Below, piece after piece: positions 34,581 to 43,441 of a stretch of 64,000 nt of DNA. Location of the stretch: the NCBI GenBank assembly GCA_016178055.1, contig JACOUC010000048.1:425-64424 (forward strand), read 5' to 3'. The position numbers were made by a program, and so were the translations under genes. Numbering within the stretch: position 1 is the first letter of the stretch; the number at the start of each line of letters is the position of its first letter. This DNA is from Chlamydiota bacterium. Its GTDB lineage: Bacteria > Auribacterota > JACPWU01. The notes under the pieces were generated by a model. It searched no databases. It was given only the letters and a program-made list of their open reading frames with translations, and had not been told where the DNA came from.

Positions 34581-36425
34581 ATGATCCAGCTAACACGGGA
34601 CACACGACATCTCAATTGGATTTTAGGATGGGCGGTTGTATTTTGCGATATTGGAACCTCCATTTACTATGTCCCTGGGATTCTTTATGGACATGTAAAG
34701 GATGCCACTCCTTTTTTTGTCCTTCTCACCGCATTTGGTTTTATCCTTTTAGGGATTAAATACAGCGAAATTTCTTGGCGAAATCCTGAAGGAGGTGGGG
34801 TTGTCACTGTTGCCACCAAGGCATTTGGACCGATGTGGGGCTGCTTGGGAGGAATGCTCATCATCGTCGATTATTTTCTTACGACGGCGATTTCTTCTGT
34901 GTCGGGGTTTCAATACCTAGGGAGTCTTTTTCCATTGGCCGATCATCATATTGTTCTTTTGGCCTGTATTGGAACAGTTTTCCTTGCCGTTTTAAATATC
35001 ATCGGAATTAGAGAAAGTGCGGCTCTCTCTTTGGTGATGGCTGTGGGTGCCCTGATCGCTGATTTATTGGTGGTAGCGATTGCATTTGCTGTGATGGACA
35101 AGACCCAATGGACGAATGCGTTTCATTCGCTCTCTCATGCAGTTCATCCTTTGTCATCTTACGAGATTCTCGTTGGGTTTGCTTCGGCCTGGCTTGCTTT
35201 TTCAGGCCTGGAAAGTATCAGTCAATTAAGTCCGGCCATGCGTTTTCCCTTAAGAAAAACTGCATGGATGACCATGCTTGCGGTCATGATCACCATGATG
35301 ATCACCAGTCCTATTTTAACGACGCTCTCCATTGCTGTTTTATCCCCCGAAGTTAAAATTCACGAAAGCGAGCGATTTATTTCAGAGCTTGCCTTTGCGG
35401 TGGGTGGGCTTTGGCCCAAGCTGGCCGTGGTCTTTTCGGCTTCTTCTCTCCTTCTCTTTGCTTCCAATACCGCTATTATTGGAACTTATCATGTCTTTCT
35501 TTCTCTGGCCAATCGTGGATTTCTCCCCAAGTTTATTACGCTACGTAATACACGATTTAATACTCCCCATGTTGCAATTATCATTGCAACGCTCGTCCCT
35601 TTGGGGGTGATTATCATGACTCAAGGGAAATTAAGCATCCTTGGCGATTTATATGCCTTTGGTCTTTTGGGGGCCTTTGTTTTTTCTTCCCTGGGGCTCG
35701 ATGTGGTCCGGTGGCAGTTACGTCTTCGAGGATTTGGTTTTTGGATTGGACTCCTGACAACAGCGGTTGTGATTGTTGCTTGGGGCATTAATCTTAGAGA
35801 AAAGGAATTGGCGACCTTTTTTGGCGGTTCTGTAACAGCGATTGGGATGTTAACCGCGGTGGGGGTTCGCAATGGTTGGTTTTTAGATGCACTTCAGCGG
35901 GTTCCAGCTATTCAGCGGATACAAGCAAGGGCTTTTCAGGCCTCTGAAGATTTTGCAGAAGAGGTCAGCAAAGATATTGTGAGTGTATCTCAAGCCGTCG
36001 ATCTTCGTCCGCTCTATTCTTCGACGACTTTAATTGCCTTGAGAGGAGAAAATGTGAATCTCATTCAAGAGGGGGTCAACCGGGCAAAAGGGAAAGGGGA
36101 GCTTGCCATTTATTGTCTCTATGTCGAAGAATGGCCAGGTCTTTTTGCTGGGGATACACCGCATCGGCCCAATGAAGAGGGGATTAGGACCTTAAAATTT
36201 GCACTCGAGGCGGTACAGGATAAAGATATTCAGATCATTCCGATCTGGACCATTTCCCATAATTCTTCAGAAGCCATTGCGAAGGCAGCTCGAGATCTTT
36301 ATGTCGAGGCTGTGATGGTTGGGACCAGCCGTAGGTCCGCATTTTATCACATGCTTCGAGGCCATGTTGTGAAGGGGTTGGCTCGGAAGCTTCCCCTTAA
36401 CTGCAAGCTGATGATTTGTAATTAG
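34581..36425 (+). CDS. APC-superfamily permease fused to a C-terminal USP-like domain
   Basis: About 12 TM N-part (DIGTSIYYVPG). C-terminal ~150 aa have a universal-stress-protein-like pattern (VMVGTSRRSAFYHMLRGHVVKGLARKLP). Confidence 0.7.
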   Translation: MIQLTRDTRHLNWILGWAVVFCDIGTSIYYVPGILYGHVKDATPFFVLLTAFGFILLGIKYSEISWRNPEGGGVVTVATKAFGPMWGCLGGMLIIVDYFLTTAISSVSGFQYLGSLFPLADHHIVLLACIGTVFLAVLNIIGIRESAALSLVMAVGALIADLLVVAIAFAVMDKTQWTNAFHSLSHAVHPLSSYEILVGFASAWLAFSGLESISQLSPAMRFPLRKTAWMTMLAVMITMMITSPILTTLSIAVLSPEVKIHESERFISELAFAVGGLWPKLAVVFSASSLLLFASNTAIIGTYHVFLSLANRGFLPKFITLRNTRFNTPHVAIIIATLVPLGVIIMTQGKLSILGDLYAFGLLGAFVFSSLGLDVVRWQLRLRGFGFWIGLLTTAVVIVAWGINLREKELATFFGGSVTAIGMLTAVGVRNGWFLDALQRVPAIQRIQARAFQASEDFAEEVSKDIVSVSQAVDLRPLYSSTTLIALRGENVNLIQEGVNRAKGKGELAIYCLYVEEWPGLFAGDTPHRPNEEGIRTLKFALEAVQDKDIQIIPIWTISHNSSEAIAKAARDLYVEAVMVGTSRRSAFYHMLRGHVVKGLARKLPLNCKLMICN

Positions 36426-36437
36426 ACAGATAAATTC

Positions 36438-39125
36438 TTAGAATAGGGTTTCTCGAATGGCTTTTTCTATCTCTTCAGAAATGGTTTTTTGGACTTGGGG
36501 CTGGCTGATCTTTGCCCCTTTGGGATCGGTCAGATAAAAGATATCAAGGGCTTGATTTTTTTCTGTGGCAATTTTTGACAGATGGATATTGAGTCCTAAC
36601 TTTGAAAAGGTTCGTGTGATTTTATAGAGAAGTCCAATTTGGTCATCGGCTTGAATTTCAACGATGGTGGTTCCAAGAGAGCTTTCATTGTCAAACTTAA
36701 TAAGAGGAGAGCTGATGCTTACAGGCTTTTCTCTTTGAGAATATGCTTTTGATTTTAAGAGCCCTTCAATGGTGATTTGTTTTTGGATAATCTGTTTCAT
36801 TCCTTCTTCAATTTTCTTACGGGTTCTTTCGGGTAGAATTCCTTTTTCATAACGGTTTTCAAGCGAGAATTTATCCAGGATAATTCCATCTTTTCTTGTA
36901 AAGATATTGGCACTTAAAATATTGACCTCTTGGCTCGCAATCACTCCGGTCAGTTCAGAGAAGAGCCCGATGTGATCCTTGGTGCAAACGGTCAGTTCAG
37001 TGGTATTGGTCTTTTCTAAAAATTCCCAGAGAATTTTAGGATCCTCTTTTTTAATTTCAGCGATGATCTTTAAGTGTTCTAAAATAGTCTCTGGTCGGTA
37101 CGATTGAAGATAATTCAGAGGAAGCATTTCAAGATGTTGAAGCGTCTCATCGGGTGGAATATTTTTTCGGGTTAGGATTTCCACATAAGAATTTTTAATG
37201 GCTTCGATTTCAGAAGGAAGAAGAATGACTTTTTCTTCTAAATATCGCTTGGTCTTGTAAAAAAGTTCCCAAAGAAGAGACTCTCGCCACTCGTTCCAAA
37301 CCTCATCACTGGTGGCTCGCCAGTCGCAATAGGTCAAAAGAACGAGCATTTTCAGATTTTCGACATCGACCACCTTTTTCGAAAAATCGACAATCACCTT
37401 TTCTTCTGAAAGATCTCGTCTTTGAGAAAGATGAGACATGACGAGATGATGTTCTACGAGGAGTCGGATTCGCTCTCTTTTTTCAGAATCGTATTCTAGT
37501 TTTTTTAAAATTTCCTGCGTTATTTTAGCCCCGGTGACCGAGTGATTGTGCCCTTGAATTTTGCCAATGTCATGAAAAAATATGGCGAGAAAAAGAACTT
37601 CTCGATCTTGCACTTTTTTCAAAATTTCCGAGAAACCACTCAGGCGAGGATCCTGGGTTTTTTTTAAGTCGTCCATGAAAGAGAGGGCTTTAAGCGTATG
37701 TTCATCCAGCGTATATTTGTGATAAAAATCATGTTGAACCAGACAAGTTGCCCGTCCAAATTCAGGAATGTATTTTCCCAAGAGACCGCAAGTATGCATG
37801 GCTCGCAGTGCAGGGATGATTTCTCCCTCATAACCCATTAAGTTAACAAAAATATCTCGAATTTGAGGTGAAGTTCGAACTTTTTTATCAACGAGATGGA
37901 GATTTTCCCTGATTTGTTGAATGAGGCTTTGGCTGAGTTGATATTTTCCTTGGGCACAGTAGAGAAAAAGTTCGAAGAGTTTTTGGGGTTCTTCACGAAA
38001 GAGATTTGGATTTGTTCCAGGAAAGATTTCTTCTGTGGTAAATGAAAACCCATGTCGATGGATGAATTTCTCTGGGAATTGAATTTTGAGTTGAGTTTGA
38101 ATTTCTTCTCTGGCCAATAAGGCACGGACAACGAGATCGACATTCCGTGCATGAAGGTAGTAATCTTTCATGAAGCCTTCGGACATTTTTAAAAGGGGGG
38201 TATCTTGATAGCCTAGATTCTGAGCAACTTTGACCTGCAGATTTAAAGATAAAATATCAAAACATTTTCCTGTTAAGAAATGGAGTTCATTTCTGACCCG
38301 GTGGAGAAAATCAAGTGACTTTTGAATCATTTTGAAGTCTTTTTGAGAAAGAATTCCATTTTCTAATAATGTTTCGAAATGGTTGTATCGCGAAAGGGCT
38401 TGATAGAGCCAAAGGATGGATGAAAGATCTCGTAATCCGCCCACGCCTTCTTTAATATGGGGTTCTTGCAAATAAACGGTCCCTTGATACTTTTCATGGC
38501 GAAGACGTATTTCTTCCAATTTGAAAGAAATGTAGGACGAGAGATCATAAGCCAAACAGTTTCGGGAAAAATTTTCTTTAAATTTTTGAAAGAGAATTTC
38601 ATCCCCTGTGATAAAGCGGGCCTCCATCATGGCCGTGCGTGATTTAAAGTCTCGTCGTCCTTCTTCAACGGTTTCAGGAATGGTTCTCACTGCGTGGCCT
38701 ACTTTAAGGCCACTATCCCACAGAAGGTAGAGAATAGGCTTGATCATTCGATCTTCTAATGCGTTAGATTTTTCTTTGAGAAGAAAAAGAATATCGATAT
38801 CCGAAAAAGGATTTAACGTGGCTCGACCATATCCTCCCAAGGCAACGAGAGAAAAAGGAGCCGTTGTTTGAGGTCGGCCTTGTTGCAGTTCTTCTTCTTT
38901 ACAGGCAAGTTCAAAAATGTGTTGGATCAGAATATCCATGAGATAACTTCGATCTTGCGCAATCTCAAGGCCTGAAACCCCATAACGATGCGCCATTAAA
39001 AGGCGCTGCATCTCTATGTGAAGAAATTTTTTATAAAGCGAAAGCCAGTCTTGATCTCCGGATTCTGGCAGGACTTTGAGTTTTGACTCGGCGTGCTTAA
39101 GGACTTTTTCAGGATTAATCTTCAT
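36438..39125 (-). CDS. glnD: [Protein-PII] uridylyltransferase/uridylyl-removing enzyme
   Basis: NT domain ALGGYGRATLNPFSDIDILFL, HD domain FFHDIGK, two C-terminal ACT-like units. ATG 39125 preferred over GTG 39140, which lies inside a repeat. Confidence 0.9.
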   Translation of the reverse strand: MKINPEKVLKHAESKLKVLPESGDQDWLSLYKKFLHIEMQRLLMAHRYGVSGLEIAQDRSYLMDILIQHIFELACKEEELQQGRPQTTAPFSLVALGGYGRATLNPFSDIDILFLLKEKSNALEDRMIKPILYLLWDSGLKVGHAVRTIPETVEEGRRDFKSRTAMMEARFITGDEILFQKFKENFSRNCLAYDLSSYISFKLEEIRLRHEKYQGTVYLQEPHIKEGVGGLRDLSSILWLYQALSRYNHFETLLENGILSQKDFKMIQKSLDFLHRVRNELHFLTGKCFDILSLNLQVKVAQNLGYQDTPLLKMSEGFMKDYYLHARNVDLVVRALLAREEIQTQLKIQFPEKFIHRHGFSFTTEEIFPGTNPNLFREEPQKLFELFLYCAQGKYQLSQSLIQQIRENLHLVDKKVRTSPQIRDIFVNLMGYEGEIIPALRAMHTCGLLGKYIPEFGRATCLVQHDFYHKYTLDEHTLKALSFMDDLKKTQDPRLSGFSEILKKVQDREVLFLAIFFHDIGKIQGHNHSVTGAKITQEILKKLEYDSEKRERIRLLVEHHLVMSHLSQRRDLSEEKVIVDFSKKVVDVENLKMLVLLTYCDWRATSDEVWNEWRESLLWELFYKTKRYLEEKVILLPSEIEAIKNSYVEILTRKNIPPDETLQHLEMLPLNYLQSYRPETILEHLKIIAEIKKEDPKILWEFLEKTNTTELTVCTKDHIGLFSELTGVIASQEVNILSANIFTRKDGIILDKFSLENRYEKGILPERTRKKIEEGMKQIIQKQITIEGLLKSKAYSQREKPVSISSPLIKFDNESSLGTTIVEIQADDQIGLLYKITRTFSKLGLNIHLSKIATEKNQALDIFYLTDPKGAKISQPQVQKTISEEIEKAIRETLF

Positions 39126-39135
39126 TTTATCGCCT

Positions 39136-39177
39136 GTCACCAGTCTCCAGTCTTCAGTGACCGATGACCGGTGACCC
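39136..39177. repeat. Heptamer-periodic hairpin element, GGTGACC flavour (P2)
   Basis: ccagtct|ccagtct|tcagtga|ccgatga|ccggtga. The stem gtcaccagtc/gaccggtgac fills the ntrC-glnD spacer. Confidence 0.65.
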
Positions 39178-39178
39178 T

Positions 39179-40618
39179 TTAAGGTTTTTCATCGACTACA
39201 ATTTCTTTGATGATTTTATAAGCTTCAATTTTTTTACGTAAAGTAGATCGGTTCATGCCTAGTATCTGTGCTGCCTTGAGTTGATTTCCCTGGGTCTGTT
39301 TCAATGCCAGTTTAATGAGTTCTTTTTCGATATGATGCATGATTTCGCCTTGTTCACCACGGGCTTGAACTTCCAAAATGATGTCTAAAATAGATTGGGC
39401 GATGGCTTGAAGATTCCCTTTCGTAACGGATCCTTTAGAGGAAATGGAAGAGGGCTCTGTCATTTGAATATCTTCTAAAAGGATGAGATTTCCCTTGGTT
39501 GTAATAACGGCTCGCTTCAGCGTATTTTCAAGTTCTCGAATGTTCCCAGGCCAAGGATAATGGATGAGGGCCTTGAGTGCGGCGGTATGAATTCCTTGAA
39601 CTTCTTTATTAAATTCTAGTGAAAATCGTTTTAGAAAATATTGGCAGAGTTCTGAAACATCATCTTTTTTTTCTCTTAACGGGGGAAGCCAGATGGTAAT
39701 CGTATTGAGCCGATAAAAAAGATCCTCACGAAATTCATTTTTTTGAATAGCCTCCTCTAAATTTTTATTGGTAGCAGCGATCACTCTTACATTCACTCGA
39801 ATGGTGGCGATTCCTCCCACTCTTTGAAATTCCTTTTCCTGAAGAACGCGAAGGAATTTGGCCTGAGTCGATGGGGCAAGATCTCCGATTTCATCCAGGA
39901 AAATAGTTCCCTCGTCACATTGCTCGAATTTTCCAATTCTTTGAGCAGAGGCCCCCGTAAAGGCTCCTTTTTCATGGCCAAAGAGCTCGCTTTCTAACAA
40001 GGCTTCTGGAATGGCCGCACAGTTAATCGGTAAAAAGGGCTTCTCTTTTCTTCCACTATGGTGATAAATAGCTCGGGCGACAAGCTCTTTTCCGGTTCCA
40101 CTTTCTCCTCGGATCAGAACCGAGACATCTTTAGGAGCAATTTGCCCAATCATTTTATAAACTTCTTGCATTTTTTTTGAAGATCCCACAATCAAATCTT
40201 GTTCGAGATTGACAGTTCGTCCAGATTCAAAAATGACTTTTTGATGCATGGAGACTCTGGCATGAATGGCTTTTTGAATGAGATCTTTGAGTTCAGCAGG
40301 TTCAAAGGGTTTTAGGATATAATCAAAGGCGCCCCGCTTCATTGCTTCGATAGCGGTTTGAGTGGTTCCAAAGGCTGTCATTAAAATAACAGGAAGTTTT
40401 TCATCTGCCTTTTTTAGCTCACGCAAGGTTTCAAGTCCGGAAGTCGTGCCCATTCGAATGTCCATTAGAACGGTGTCGGGTAAGCTCGCGAGAGTCATCT
40501 CCAATGCCTCTTTCCCTGAAGAGGCGCAAAAGGTCTTATAACCTTCCTCAGAAAGCATTCTCGAAACCGAATAGCGAATCGATTCATCATCATCGACAAT
40601 CAATATTTTGAAAGACAT
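39179..40618 (-). CDS. ntrC: Sigma-54-dependent response regulator (NtrC family)
   Basis: Receiver (ILIVDDD...VLMDIRM), AAA+ GESGTGKE, GAFTGA, C-terminal Fis-type HTH AAQILGMNRSTLRKKI. Confidence 0.85.
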   Translation of the reverse strand: MSFKILIVDDDESIRYSVSRMLSEEGYKTFCASSGKEALEMTLASLPDTVLMDIRMGTTSGLETLRELKKADEKLPVILMTAFGTTQTAIEAMKRGAFDYILKPFEPAELKDLIQKAIHARVSMHQKVIFESGRTVNLEQDLIVGSSKKMQEVYKMIGQIAPKDVSVLIRGESGTGKELVARAIYHHSGRKEKPFLPINCAAIPEALLESELFGHEKGAFTGASAQRIGKFEQCDEGTIFLDEIGDLAPSTQAKFLRVLQEKEFQRVGGIATIRVNVRVIAATNKNLEEAIQKNEFREDLFYRLNTITIWLPPLREKKDDVSELCQYFLKRFSLEFNKEVQGIHTAALKALIHYPWPGNIRELENTLKRAVITTKGNLILLEDIQMTEPSSISSKGSVTKGNLQAIAQSILDIILEVQARGEQGEIMHHIEKELIKLALKQTQGNQLKAAQILGMNRSTLRKKIEAYKIIKEIVVDEKP

Positions 40619-40629
40619 TATTGCTCCTT

Positions 40630-40687
40630 AGACCACAGACCACGGACCACAGACCATTGTACGGACTGTCGACCGTCGACCGTGGTC
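40630..40687. repeat. Heptamer-periodic hairpin element, GTCNACN flavour (G1)
   Basis: agaccac|agaccac|ggaccac|agacc - attgtac - ggactgt|cgaccgt|cgaccgt|ggtct. Confidence 0.75.
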
Positions 40688-40785
40688 TCGCGTCTATCTT
40701 CTTGACTTCCGAGTATGTTTCCTCTTAAATTCTTACAGGTTTTATAGGGAAAACAAGTGGAAAACAAGAAAAAACGGATTTTCAT

Positions 40786-41394
40786 TTGAAGATTGGCATT
40801 TTAGGTTCAGGGAGAGGAACGAATTTCGAAGCGATTGCAGACGCTATTGACAGGGGTGTCCTTAAGGCTGAAATGGTCGTTGTGATTTCAGATGTTGAAA
40901 ATGCCTTGATTCTTGAAAAGGCAAAACAAAAAGGGATTCCTCATTTTTATATTCCTCCTGGAAAATATCAAACACGATTAGATCCTCAGGCAGAAAAAAA
41001 ATATGTAACGTGTTTAAAAGAGCATGGGGTTACATGGGTGGTGCTTGCTGGATTTATGAGAGTTTTGAAAGAGATTTTTTTTGAAAATTATTCAGGGAAG
41101 ATTTTAAATATTCATCCTTCTCTTTTACCTTCTTTCAGGGGATTAAAAGCCTGGTCTCAGGCCTTAGACTATGGAGTCAAAATCACAGGTTGTACGGTTC
41201 ATGCAGTCGATGGAGGAGTAGACACCGGGCCGATTATTCTTCAGGAAGCGGTTCGGGTGGAAGATTCGGACAATTCAGAAACCTTGCACGCTCGGATTCA
41301 AGAGCTTGAGCATCGACTCTACCCTCAAGCACTTCAATTGATTGCTGAAGGTAAGGTTGAATTTAGGGGAAGGCGAGTCGTGATGAAGAGATGA
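40786..41394 (+). CDS. purN: Phosphoribosylglycinamide formyltransferase
   Basis: GSGRGTNFEAI, NIHPSLLP. About 200 aa. TTG start. Confidence 0.85.
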   Translation: MKIGILGSGRGTNFEAIADAIDRGVLKAEMVVVISDVENALILEKAKQKGIPHFYIPPGKYQTRLDPQAEKKYVTCLKEHGVTWVVLAGFMRVLKEIFFENYSGKILNIHPSLLPSFRGLKAWSQALDYGVKITGCTVHAVDGGVDTGPIILQEAVRVEDSDNSETLHARIQELEHRLYPQALQLIAEGKVEFRGRRVVMKR

Positions 41395-42095
41395 ACATGA
41401 ATATCGAGCTTACACATGAAGAACTCAAAGGCCTGCGTGTTCAGGTTTTAAAAGTTCATGATCTTTTACAAGATCAATATGGAAAACAAGAAAGAGAGGG
41501 AAAGAAAAATCCCTTGGATGAATTGATCCTGACCATTCTTTCTCAGAATACAAGTCGGGCTCATGCCCAGGAATCCTTTGATAAGTTATGGAAAAAGTAT
41601 AAAGGATGGGAGGCCTTAATGAACGCCCCTTCTTTAGAAATTTCTAAAACCATTCAAAATGGGGGCCTACATCATACCAAGGCCATCCGAATGAGACGGA
41701 TTTTAAAAAGAATTTATAAGGATCGCGGCGATCTTTCTTTAGATTTTTTAAGGGAGAAAGATCAAAATGATGCGATGAAATATTTGATTTCCCTTAAAGG
41801 TCTGGGGCCCCGAACGGCAAGTCATATTCTTTTGTATTCGCTCAATCAACCCGTGATGCCTGTCGATACGCATGTGACGAGGGTATCGAAAAGATTGGGC
41901 TGGGTTTGGGATGGAGCAAATCGAGAGGTGATTCAGCAAGTGATGAATCGTGCAACTCCACGATATTTGATTTTGAGTCTCTATTCTCAACTGATGAAGC
42001 ATGGACAGGTTACGTGTAAATTAAAGGCCCCGCGTTGCATGGGTTGTGTGATTCGAAACGATTGTGAATATTATAAAAATAGGGATAAGCGTTAA
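41391..42095 (+). CDS. Endonuclease III-family HhH-GPD DNA glycosylase with [4Fe-4S] loop
   Basis: HhH LKGLGPRTASHILL. C-terminal C-x6-C-x2-C-x5-C (CKLKAPRCMGCVIRNDC). Confidence 0.75.
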   Translation: MNMNIELTHEELKGLRVQVLKVHDLLQDQYGKQEREGKKNPLDELILTILSQNTSRAHAQESFDKLWKKYKGWEALMNAPSLEISKTIQNGGLHHTKAIRMRRILKRIYKDRGDLSLDFLREKDQNDAMKYLISLKGLGPRTASHILLYSLNQPVMPVDTHVTRVSKRLGWVWDGANREVIQQVMNRATPRYLILSLYSQLMKHGQVTCKLKAPRCMGCVIRNDCEYYKNRDKR

Positions 42096-42134
42096 GGTTT
42101 AAGGGAAAAGTTCTAAAAGAGAGGATGATCTACG

Positions 42135-43016
42135 ATGAAGTTAAAACTCGGTTTACCTAAAGGAAGTTTGCAGGAATCAACCTTTGCTATTTTTAAGAAA
42201 GCAGGATATGCCATTCGTGTCGGGGAAAGGTCTTATAAGCCTTCGGTTGATGATCCTGAAATTGAAGCCATACTCATTCGGGCTCAGGAAATGTCACGTT
42301 ATGTTGAGTCAGGTGTTTTAGATTTGGGGCTGACCGGAAAGGATTGGGTTGTTGAAAATGGTTCGGATGTGCATGAAATAGCGGAATTGATTTATGCCAA
42401 ACAGGGTTTGCGACCTATTCGGTGGGTCATTGCGGTCCACAATGATTCTAAATTCCAAAAAGTTGAAGATCTTGTGGATAAGAAAATTGCAACGGAGGGG
42501 GTGAATCTTACCCGAAGTTTTCTTGAAAAGCGAGGCGTGAAGGCCCATGTAGAATTTTCATGGGGGGCAACGGAAATCAAGGTTCCTGAATTGGTAGACG
42601 CGATTTGTGAAATTACAGAAACCGGCTCGAGTTTAAGGGCTAATCATTTGCGCATTATCGAAACGGTTTTAGAATCAACCACACGTGTGATTGTCAACAA
42701 AAAGGCTTGGGAAGATCCATGGAAGAGAAAGAAAATTGAAAATTTGGCGCTTCTTTTAAAAGGGGCTTTGATGGCGGAAGAAAAAGTAGGGGTTAAGATG
42801 AATGTCCCTTCGGAGAAGTTGAAAGAAATTACCTCTTTACTGCCTGCGCTTCGAGAACCTACTATTTCAGAATTGATGAAGAAACCAGGTGAAAAGAGTT
42901 GGTTTGCCATTGAAACCATTGTGGACGAAAAAATTATTCGAGAGCTTATTCCAAAGTTGAAATCTAAAGGGGCTGAAGGGATTATTGAATATCCATTGAA
43001 TAAAGTGATATACTAA
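42135..43016 (+). CDS. hisG: ATP phosphoribosyltransferase, long form
   Basis: LGLPKGSL N-terminus. 293 aa with C-terminal regulatory domain. Confidence 0.9.
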   Translation: MKLKLGLPKGSLQESTFAIFKKAGYAIRVGERSYKPSVDDPEIEAILIRAQEMSRYVESGVLDLGLTGKDWVVENGSDVHEIAELIYAKQGLRPIRWVIAVHNDSKFQKVEDLVDKKIATEGVNLTRSFLEKRGVKAHVEFSWGATEIKVPELVDAICEITETGSSLRANHLRIIETVLESTTRVIVNKKAWEDPWKRKKIENLALLLKGALMAEEKVGVKMNVPSEKLKEITSLLPALREPTISELMKKPGEKSWFAIETIVDEKIIRELIPKLKSKGAEGIIEYPLNKVIY

Positions 43017-43030
43017 ACGACAGTTTAAAG

Positions 43031-43085
43031 TTAGAAGTTGAAAGTTTAAAGTTCACCCGCCTCGCCTGCGGCGGGAGGCTGGGAA
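43031..43085. repeat. Heptamer array (GTTYAAA flavour, K3) plus GC mini-hairpin
   Basis: gtttaaa|gttagaa|gttgaaa|gtttaaa|gttcacc, then cccgcc-tcgcctgc-ggcggg (43066-43085). Confidence 0.65.
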
Positions 43086-43114
43086 GATAAAAGAGTTTAA
43101 AAAGGAGGTTTGTG

Positions 43115-43201
43115 ATGCCATGTGGTCGTAAGAAAAGAAAATCAAAGATGAATAAACACAAAAGAAAAAAGAGAAGTCGTCAAGATCGACATAAGAAATA
43201 A
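43115..43201 (+). CDS. 28-aa highly basic micro-protein, bS22 (AURKAIP1/COX24-domain)-like ribosomal protein candidate
   Basis: RBS aaggagg (43102-43108) 6 nt upstream of the ATG. Product MPCGRKKRKSKMNKHKRKKRSRQDRHKK. The KMNKHKRKK core resembles bS22/mS38 as I recall them. A terminator follows. Confidence 0.55.
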   Translation: MPCGRKKRKSKMNKHKRKKRSRQDRHKK

Positions 43202-43214
43202 TCCTTTTATCAAT

Positions 43215-43262
43215 CCCTGTTTTAGAGTGGAATACCCTCTCTGAAACAGGGGTTTGTGTTTT
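43215..43262 (+). terminator. Rho-independent terminator
   Basis: ccctgttt...aaacagggg followed by tttgtgttttc. Confidence 0.7.
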
Positions 43263-43294
43263 CTTATAGATTCTTAAGGAGAGAAAAATCAACT

Positions 43295-43393
43295 ATGAAA
43301 ACGAGCCCATAGTCAACGATCTACAGTCCATAGAAAATAAATGATTCCTTTAAAACTGTCGACCATTGACTGTGGACTGTAGACCATTTTCAT
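43295..43393. repeat. Heptamer-periodic hairpin element, GTCNACN flavour, full-length archetype (G2)
   Basis: atgaaaacgag - catagtc|aacgatc|tacagtc|catag - core aaaataaatgattcctttaaaa (43334-43355) - ctgtcga|ccattga|ctgtgga|ctgtaga - ccattttcat. Confidence 0.85.
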
Positions 43394-43441
43394 CTGCTGT
43401 AGATGAAAATTTATGATGACAAATTAAACGAGAAAATAGTT

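Noticed and set aside
43053-43292. Tracked 79-aa minus-strand ORF
   Set aside because: It is antisense to the bS22-like micro-ORF with its strong RBS and to that ORF's terminator. It starts and ends inside repeats.
43295-43393. Integron attC-site interpretation of the imperfect palindromes at gene ends
   Set aside because: There is no intI integrase. The termini do not resemble R/L core sites (GTTRRRY). The flanking genes are core housekeeping genes rather than cassettes.
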